A stretch of 64,000 nt of DNA, from NCBI GenBank assembly GCA_029941885.1, contig JAPYTP010000008.1, positions 297-64,296 on the forward strand, given 5' to 3'. The DNA comes from Myxococcota bacterium (GTDB taxonomy: Bacteria > Myxococcota_A > UBA9160 > UBA4427). Made by a program: the position numbers and the translations under genes. The notes below the pieces were generated by a model. That model was not told the origin of the DNA and ran no database searches. It saw only the letters and a list, made by a program, of their open reading frames with translations. How positions within the stretch are numbered: the stretch's first letter is position 1; each line of letters opens with the position of its first letter. Of this stretch, positions 57,362-64,000 are shown piece by piece.

Positions 57362-58012
57362 ATGCCGACGAGATCTCCCTCACCGTCCACGAGACCGCGT
57401 CGTTGTAGCTGGGGGACCAGCCACGACGACTATCTGGAATACCACGACACAGAGTGGGGCTTCCCGGTCGATGACGATCAGCGGCTCTTCGAAAAGCTCT
57501 GTCTCGAGGGATTCCAGTCGGGCCTTTCCTGGCTGACCATTCTCCGAAAGCGTGAGAGTTTCCGAAGGGCCTTCGCCGACTTCGATTTCGCGCGGATCGC
57601 CCGCTGGAATGAAAGAAGCGTCCTGCGACTCCTCAAGGACGCGGGGATCGTTCGCCACCGCGGCAAGATCGAGGCCGCTCTCAGCAACGCCCGCTGTGCT
57701 GTCGCTCTACGGGAGGAGGCGGGATCGCTGGGGGCGTTCTTCTGGAGCTTCGAACCGGCGGCGGTGAAGCGCGCGAACGGCCGCAACGATGGAGAGCACG
57801 TCGCGATCAGCGAGTCGCCCGAGTCACGCGCCCTCACCAAGGCACTCAAGCAGCGCGGTTTCCGTTTCGTCGGTCCGACGACCGCCTACGCGTTCATGCA
57901 GGCCATGGGGATCGTCAACGACCACACGAAGAGCTGCGACACCCACGCCCTCGTCGAAGGAGCGCGCGATCGATTCAAACGCCCGCGTCTACCCTCCGAC
58001 TGGAAGGGCTGA
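57362..58012 (+). CDS. tag: DNA-3-methyladenine glycosylase I
   Basis: RCSW..YHDTEWG, LEGFQSGLSW, GF.FVGPT, NDH..C. Confidence 0.95.
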   Translation: MPTRSPSPSTRPRRCSWGTSHDDYLEYHDTEWGFPVDDDQRLFEKLCLEGFQSGLSWLTILRKRESFRRAFADFDFARIARWNERSVLRLLKDAGIVRHRGKIEAALSNARCAVALREEAGSLGAFFWSFEPAAVKRANGRNDGEHVAISESPESRALTKALKQRGFRFVGPTTAYAFMQAMGIVNDHTKSCDTHALVEGARDRFKRPRLPSDWKG

Positions 58013-58926
58013 TGGAAATAGAGTTGTGGGGCGTCCTCGCCATCGCGGCTGCCCTTGCCCAGACCACGCGAAATGCGGTCGCCCAGACGATCTCTTCGAC
58101 CATCTCGCCGACCCTGAACAGCTGGTCCCGCTTCACGTTCTGTCTACCTTTCGCGGGAGCGACCTGCGCAGTCGTGGTTGCCCGCGAGGGCTTCCCCACG
58201 CTTGCGCCGATTTTCTTCGTCTACTGCTTCTTCACGGCGGTGACGCAGCTCCTGGGGAACGTCGCCCTCATCACGGCCTTCCGGCTCGGCAGCTTTGGCG
58301 AGTCGATCGTTTTCCACAAACTCGAAGTGATCCTCACGGCCGTCGCAGGCGCGATCTGGTTCGCCGAGTTTCCGTCGGCGATCGGTGCCACCGGAATCGT
58401 GATCTGCGCCGTCGGCGTCATCGTGATCAATCTCGCTCGTGAAAGCGGGTCGACTCATTGGACCCGAGCCCTTCGCTTCGGCCGCGCCGGCAGCTACGCA
58501 CTTCTTTGTGCCGTGCTGCTCGTGTTGGCGAGCTTCGCCCTCAAGGCCGCAAATACCGTCGTCGCAACGGAGAATGCCGATGTGACGGTCTTCGAATCCG
58601 CGGTCCAGACGCTCTTCCACACGACCTGGATCGAGGTCGTACTCCTGACCGGGTGGATCGCGTGGCGCGAGCCCGCCTCGTTCCGCGCGGTGCCGATCCA
58701 CTGGCGACGAATGCTCGTGATCGGCTCGGCGGGCTTCACGGCGAGCCTGGGCTGGTTCTGGGCCTTCTCGCTCTCCCTCGTCGCCTACGTGAAGGCGGTC
58801 GGACAGATCGAGGCTCTGATCGCCGTCGGCCTCGGCATCCGTCTGATGGGAGAGCGTGATCTGATTCGTCAGCTGCCGGGGATCCTGCTGGTCGTGCTCG
58901 GAATATCCTTCGTCCTGCTCGGCTGA
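58012..58926 (+). CDS. DMT/EamA family transporter
   Basis: About 10 TM segments; AYVKAVGQIE; TGATG coupling to tag. Confidence 0.85.
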   Translation: MEIELWGVLAIAAALAQTTRNAVAQTISSTISPTLNSWSRFTFCLPFAGATCAVVVAREGFPTLAPIFFVYCFFTAVTQLLGNVALITAFRLGSFGESIVFHKLEVILTAVAGAIWFAEFPSAIGATGIVICAVGVIVINLARESGSTHWTRALRFGRAGSYALLCAVLLVLASFALKAANTVVATENADVTVFESAVQTLFHTTWIEVVLLTGWIAWREPASFRAVPIHWRRMLVIGSAGFTASLGWFWAFSLSLVAYVKAVGQIEALIAVGLGIRLMGERDLIRQLPGILLVVLGISFVLLG

Positions 58927-59157
58927 CGCACGTTCGACTCCAGAGAGACCAGGCCAGCCGGAAGGGCGAAAGTGAAGACGGCGCGGTTCCCGACGCGACG
59001 TCGGGCAAGCGGGATGCGCGAGAGCGGCGCGGCCAGTCCGCCCTGCCGGCGGCTCCTATGATGGGCGAGGAGTCGAATCTGGCAAATCGGGGCGGCTGCA
59101 CATACGCTTGGGGGGAGCCGACTGAGGCGGCTCTACCCAGAAGGGGCTCGCCGACCC

Positions 59158-60048
59158 ATGTCCACTCGTCCGATCCACTACGGCCCACGCCGACATATCT
59201 CCCAGGTTCGCGAACGACTCGACGGCCTGTCCTTTGATCATTTCGAGGCGACGCTGCAGAGCCCCTGTCTCGGAGCCGAGATCCGGGGTGTCGATCTCGG
59301 GAAACCGCTGTCCCCGGAGCTCGCCGCCGAACTCGTGACCGCGCTGGTCGAGTACAAGGTCCTCTTCTTCCGCGACCAGGACATCAGCGCCGAAGAGCAG
59401 GCGACGTTCGCCCGAAACTTTGGAGAGCTCGAGATCCATCCCTTCTTGCCCGGCGGCGAGACGCCCGAGGTGATCCGGTTCCAGAAGGACGAGAACACGG
59501 TCGGCGTCGAGAACAACTGGCACAGCGACGTCAGCTGGCGGGAAGTGCCTTCCCTCGGATCCGTGCTGCGAGCCCACGAGGTCCCCGCAATCGGCGGAGA
59601 TACCTTGTGGACCGACATGGAGGCGGTCTACGAGGGACTCAGCGAGGAGCTGAGGAAGGAAATCGACTGCCACATCGCGATTCACGACTTCGTTCAAACA
59701 TTCGGGATCGCGCTCAGTGAGGAAGAGCGGGCGGAGAAACGCAAGGAGTTCCCCCCGGCACGCCACCCGATCGTCCGTACGCATCCGGTCTCCGGACGAA
59801 GATGTCTCTACGTCAATCCGATCTTCACCGATCATGTCGACGGACTCGAGCGCGAGGCCAGCGACGATCTACTCGGCCGCCTCTATCGGGAGATCGACGT
59901 GCCCGAATATCAGGTGCGATTCAAGTGGGCCGACAACAGCGTCGCGTTCTGGGACAATCGGTCGACACAGCACTACGCGGCGAGCGATTACTGGCCGCAG
60001 GCACGTATCATGGAACGCTTGACGATCATCGGGGATCGGCCCGTCTGA
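59158..60048 (+). CDS. TauD/TfdA family 2-oxoglutarate/Fe(II) dioxygenase
   Basis: GAEIRGVDL, WHSD, GGDT, HPIVRTHP, WDNRSTQH. Confidence 0.95.
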   Translation: MSTRPIHYGPRRHISQVRERLDGLSFDHFEATLQSPCLGAEIRGVDLGKPLSPELAAELVTALVEYKVLFFRDQDISAEEQATFARNFGELEIHPFLPGGETPEVIRFQKDENTVGVENNWHSDVSWREVPSLGSVLRAHEVPAIGGDTLWTDMEAVYEGLSEELRKEIDCHIAIHDFVQTFGIALSEEERAEKRKEFPPARHPIVRTHPVSGRRCLYVNPIFTDHVDGLEREASDDLLGRLYREIDVPEYQVRFKWADNSVAFWDNRSTQHYAASDYWPQARIMERLTIIGDRPV

Positions 60049-60072
60049 TCAGCGCCGTGCCGGAACGGCCAA

Positions 60073-60291
60073 TCAGGCGACCGTCCCTTCCTCTTCCTCT
60101 GCATCGTCTTCCGGTGGATGGACCAGACCGTAGGCTTCGAGGTCGTCTTGCGTCGCCTCGCCGGAGTGAGGCTCCTTCTTCTCGCCGACCTCCTTCTCCA
60201 TCTCACGCATCTCTCGCTTGCGCGCGGATTTTTCCGCCTTCTCGCTCTCGCGCTTGCGTTTGAGAACGCTCATTCGACTTGCACGTGCCAT
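60073..60291 (-). CDS. small charged hypothetical protein
   Basis: GGAGGA RBS; basic N-half (KRKRE..K.EK..RKR), acidic C-half. Confidence 0.7.
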   Translation of the reverse strand: MARASRMSVLKRKRESEKAEKSARKREMREMEKEVGEKKEPHSGEATQDDLEAYGLVHPPEDDAEEEEGTVA

Positions 60292-60590
60292 TCAAGAATC
60301 CTCCACTCACGGTCGCCGCTGGCAATCGGGGTCCCCCCCCAGACTTTCACACCATCGGCCCTGCCCCTCCCTCTTCCGGTTTTTCGACCGGTGGGGATTT
60401 CGGGGCGCTCTAGATCTTCCTCACGCCGTCCGGCCACCCTAGCAAGGGGATCAGCCACCCGCGGCCGCTCCGTAGAGCGGACTTCGTGCTATCCGACGGG
60501 TCCAGTCGACCCCTCTGTCCGATTGTTCCCCACCGGGGTTTCGTCCGTGGCGTGTTTCACGACTTGGATCAGACTGCTCTGACCCTCAAC

Positions 60591-60860
60591 TCAACGTCGA
60601 CCGCCACCTCCACGCCGGTCCTGCGCTTCATTGACCCGCAGGTTCCGACCACCGAGATCGCTCCCGTCCAGCGACTGAATCGCCGCATCCGCTGCGGCTG
60701 GATCCTCCATCTCGACGAACGCAAAGCCACGGGGCCGACCCGTCTCACGATCCATGATGACATCGACACCGGTCACGTTTCCATGCTGTTCGAATTTTTC
60801 CCGAAGCTCCTGTTCCGTCAAAGAGAAAGGAACGTTTCCAACGTAGATTCGCTTTCCCAA
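60591..60860 (-). CDS. RRM RNA-binding protein
   Basis: RNP2 IYVGNV, RNP1 RGFAFVEM, Gly/Arg tail. Confidence 0.95.
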   Translation of the reverse strand: MGKRIYVGNVPFSLTEQELREKFEQHGNVTGVDVIMDRETGRPRGFAFVEMEDPAAADAAIQSLDGSDLGGRNLRVNEAQDRRGGGGRR

Positions 60861-61156
60861 TATTCCGTGCCCTCACCGAAGCTCAATTGCGGAGGCCCAT
60901 CAGGGCCTTCGAAGCAACATTCGACCTGGGGGATCGGGGAGAATCACGCTCCCCCCGTGACCACACGCGGACAGAATCTAGCATTGCAGAAGCGCGCTCA
61001 CACGGGGCCTCATTCGAGGCCTCTAGAAGCCGGTCCCATGGAGGAGGGCCCGTCGCCCCCTGGTCGATTGGCTCGAAAACGAGGGCGGCGTGCGGCCGGC
61101 CTCACGGACGACCGCAATCTCGCCCGACCCAACGCGATTCTCGGCGAGTCCGAGTC

Positions 61157-61765
61157 CTAGCCCGCGATCGACGGACGGGCCGCCACACGGGAATACCACG
61201 CCTGCAATCGCTCGCACTTGGCATCGAGGGGCTGACCGACATTGGCGCCGAACTCGAGAAAAGCAAAGAGCAGGATATCCGCGAGGGTGAAACGATCACC
61301 GCAGATGAACTCGTTGCCCTCGATGAGCGCGTCGACCTTGCCGAGCCAATCCCGTGCGATCTGCTTGAAATCGTCCGCCGCGTGCGGAATTACGTGGATG
61401 CGACTCTCGAAGAGTTGAAGACCTTCGGCGTTCCGAAAACCGTTGCCCAGCATCTCGCAGATGTTCAGATCGATCCGGCGCACCCACATATGGGTCTCGG
61501 CCCGCTGCTCGGGCGTCGAACCGATCAGGGATCCGGAAGTGACATCGTCGAGGTACTCGGCGATCGCCGTGATCTCGGAGATGCATTGTCCGCTGTCGAG
61601 TTCGAGCGTCGGTAACTGGCCCGCCGGGTTCCTGGCGAGATGAGCCTCCTGGCGATTCTCACCGGCAATCAGGTCGACTTCGACGAGTTCGACCTCTGCA
61701 CCGGTCTCGGCGACGGCGATCAAGACGACCCGCGGGTTGGGGCCCATTCCCGTGTAGAGTTTCAT
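61157..61765 (-). CDS. glutathione S-transferase family
   Basis: GPNPRVV, NPAGQLPTL, SEITAIAEYL, FTLADI. Confidence 0.92.
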   Translation of the reverse strand: MKLYTGMGPNPRVVLIAVAETGAEVELVEVDLIAGENRQEAHLARNPAGQLPTLELDSGQCISEITAIAEYLDDVTSGSLIGSTPEQRAETHMWVRRIDLNICEMLGNGFRNAEGLQLFESRIHVIPHAADDFKQIARDWLGKVDALIEGNEFICGDRFTLADILLFAFLEFGANVGQPLDAKCERLQAWYSRVAARPSIAG

Positions 61766-61923
61766 GAGGGGATTCCTTTTTTCTACGGCACCGACCCGGA
61801 GTGAACGGGGGCCTTGGGTTGTCGAGCCGGAACACGCGTCCCGGCTCACACAGGCGCCGGCGGATTCTCGCGCAGCCGCGCGCGTCCGGCAAAGCCCAAC
61901 GAGTGGACACAACGAAAGCTCGC

Positions 61924-63201
61924 TCAGGGCGCGCGGAACACCTCGAGATCGAGTTTGCCCTCGCTCCGCGCGACCACGCAGGAAACGGCCGCGTCTCCGA
62001 TGATATTCACCGCCGTCCGGGTCATATCGAGCAGCCGATCGACTCCGAGGATCAGGCCGATGCCCTCGACCGGGAGTTCCATCTGACGAAGCACCATCGC
62101 GAGCATGATCGTGCCAACGCCAGGCACGCCGGCCGTCCCGATCGACGCGAGGGTCGCGGTCAGAACGACGGTCAGATATCCCGCCGGCCCGATCTCGATT
62201 CCGTAGGCCTGGGCGATGAAGACCGTTGCAACTCCCTGCATGATCGCCGTGCCATCCATGTTGATGGTCGCGCCGAGAGGGACGGTAAAAGAGCCGATCG
62301 AGGTATCGACGCCGAGCCGCTCTTCGACGGTCCGAAGGGTCACCGGAAGCGTGGCGCCGCTGCTCGCCGTGCTGAATGCGACGGTCATCGGGGCGCGCAG
62401 CTTACGGTAGAAGGGCAAGGGCGCGACCCGCGCGAACAGGATCAGAATCGTCGGGTACGTGACGGTCGCATGGAGAATCAACACACCTAGCACCGTGAGG
62501 AAATACATGATCAGCTGTTCGAACGCCTCGGGCCCCTGCTCGGCGAAAACCTTGGCGATCAGACAGAAGATCCCGTAGGGGGCGATCTGCATCAGCACGA
62601 AGACGAGCTTCATGATCACCGCATTCGCACTCTCGAATACACGAAGCAGATCTCGGCCCGGTTCTCCCGCAAGCGTCATCGCAACGCCGAGCAGGACTGC
62701 GAACACGATGACCTGCAACATCCGGCCCTCTGCCATCGCACGAAAGGGGTTGTCGGGAAAGATGCCGATCAGTGTCTCTGCCAGACCGGGTGCTTCCTTG
62801 GCGGCGAAGCCGACATTTTGCGCGGCGAGATCGAAGCCCTCCCCCGGCCCGACGATGATCGCCGCGATGATGGCGAGACTGATCGCGAGCGCGGTCGTCA
62901 GGAGATAGAGGCCCAGGGTCTTGCCGCCGATCCGACCGAGTTTCGTCACATCCTCGAGCGCGGCCGTCCCGCACGCGAGGGAAACCAGAACGAGGGGGAC
63001 GACGATCAGCTTGAGGCTCGCCAGGAAGATCTGCCCAACGACGTGGAAGACACCGTTCACCAGGAAGTGGGCGATCGACGAGTCCCCGGCGAACACATTG
63101 AGGCCGATCCCCAGCGACATACCGCCCGCCAGGCCAATCAGGATTCTGCGTGTCAGGGCGCTGGTGTCCCCGAGACCCGTATCCGCTTCTGCTGCGCTCA
63201 T
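61924..63201 (-). CDS. dicarboxylate/amino acid:cation (DAACS) symporter
   Basis: AFSTASSGATLP, GATINMDGTA, GTAGVPG, DRLLDMTRTAVN. Confidence 0.95.
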   Translation of the reverse strand: MSAAEADTGLGDTSALTRRILIGLAGGMSLGIGLNVFAGDSSIAHFLVNGVFHVVGQIFLASLKLIVVPLVLVSLACGTAALEDVTKLGRIGGKTLGLYLLTTALAISLAIIAAIIVGPGEGFDLAAQNVGFAAKEAPGLAETLIGIFPDNPFRAMAEGRMLQVIVFAVLLGVAMTLAGEPGRDLLRVFESANAVIMKLVFVLMQIAPYGIFCLIAKVFAEQGPEAFEQLIMYFLTVLGVLILHATVTYPTILILFARVAPLPFYRKLRAPMTVAFSTASSGATLPVTLRTVEERLGVDTSIGSFTVPLGATINMDGTAIMQGVATVFIAQAYGIEIGPAGYLTVVLTATLASIGTAGVPGVGTIMLAMVLRQMELPVEGIGLILGVDRLLDMTRTAVNIIGDAAVSCVVARSEGKLDLEVFRAP

Positions 63202-63315
63202 GATCCGCACCCCCCAGAGTTCCAGCATACCCGACCGGACGCCCCACGGGCGGGGGCCCACCGACTCAAGCGCCGGCGACTACGGGTCGATTGAAACCAC
63301 GGGGGGACGGATTCC

Positions 63316-64000
63316 GTGGAAGCGATCGACATGGGGAGTTGGCTCTGGCTCGGCACGAACGTGGTCGTGGGCATCCCGCTCGCCCTGGCCACGCTCGTCG
63401 TCGCGCGCGAGCTGATCCGCTCCCTGGTCGCCCTCGTCTTCGGCTTCCAGGTCTTCGAAATCCGCTTGGGCGGCGGACCCCGCTGGCTCGAGCGGACGCT
63501 CGGTCCGGTCGACCTCGTTGTCAGCCCGATTCCCCTCGCGGGTGCCACGATCGCCCGGTCGGGAATTCCCCGTCGCCACCGCCTCGCCCGGATTGCAGTC
63601 GCTCTCGCCCCCGCCCTCCTTCAGCTTTGCTGGCTGGCCTTCCGGGTTCCGCACGCTCCGAGTCCGTCCGAAACCCTTTCCGCCGGCCTCGCTCCCGTAG
63701 CGGCCCTCGACCTCGCCAACGCTTTTCTGCTCGTATTCCATCTCGCGCTTCCGGTTCGACTCTCGGCGGGTGTGCGAACCGACAGCCGGCTCCTCTTCGA
63801 CATCCTGTGGGTCCATGCCAATTCGAATCGCATGTCCCGCGCGAGCTACTACGCGCGGTTGGCGCGCCACAGGATCGATCGAGCCGACATCGCGGGCGCC
63901 GAGGAGGCGCTCGAGCAGGGACTCGTACAGCTCGGACGCGAACCGATACTCGTGGCCTGCGAACGATGCTTTCGCGAGTCAGAACTAACGAGCGTGATCG
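63316..64000 (+). CDS. site-2-protease (M50)-like membrane protein lacking HExxH, running off the window
   Basis: Own translation (not in ORF track), open to the window end: ARELIRSLVALVFGFQVFEIRLGGGPR, PIPLAG, RIAVALAP, then a TPR-like helix. Confidence 0.7.
   Translation, partial: MEAIDMGSWLWLGTNVVVGIPLALATLVVARELIRSLVALVFGFQVFEIRLGGGPRWLERTLGPVDLVVSPIPLAGATIARSGIPRRHRLARIAVALAPALLQLCWLAFRVPHAPSPSETLSAGLAPVAALDLANAFLLVFHLALPVRLSAGVRTDSRLLFDILWVHANSNRMSRASYYARLARHRIDRADIAGAEEALEQGLVQLGREPILVACERCFRESELTSVI

Noticed and set aside
60525-60590. Hammerhead-like CTGAT...GGACGAAAC on the minus strand after the RRM gene
   Set aside because: Core reads CUGAUCC rather than CUGANGA and the stems do not assemble; probably a simple 3' hairpin
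63280-63870. 196-aa minus-strand ORF in the track
   Set aside because: Shadow of the plus-strand M50-like gene
1-64000. tRNA, rRNA, IS elements, integrases, prophage
   Set aside because: No T-arm/cloverleaf, rRNA signature, transposase or phage motifs found by eye; tRNAscan-SE, cmscan and ISEScan would be decisive

Overview
A high-GC (roughly 65-70% by eye), gene-dense bacterial chromosomal segment. PEP-CTERM proteins, an RRM protein, a SWIM-SNF2 helicase and many lipid/CoA catabolic genes suggest a Myxococcota/deltaproteobacterial-type organism (inference). About 56 genes can be supported. They include housekeeping genes (pheS, pheT, long-type gap, tag, two rRNA methyltransferases), envelope proteins (two PEP-CTERM proteins, a TPR+beta-barrel, an autotransporter, two further barrels), signalling genes (PAS kinase, lone receiver, CHASE2 cyclase + DUF928) and a large acyl-CoA catabolic region. 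I saw no tRNA, rRNA, CRISPR array, transposase, integrase or phage genes. The most notable items are: (i) a leader-ORF/terminator attenuator-like module upstream of a YkuK RNase-H-like gene; (ii) an unassigned multi-stem RNA-like element before a Rieske ferredoxin; (iii) a CHASE2 class III cyclase with a non-canonical base-specificity residue; (iv) several ORFs with unbroken reading frames but lost catalytic motifs (CCA-enzyme-like, RluA-like domain, M50-like, luciferase-like); and (v) two internal-deletion pseudogenes. All calls come from motif recognition by eye, with no database searches.
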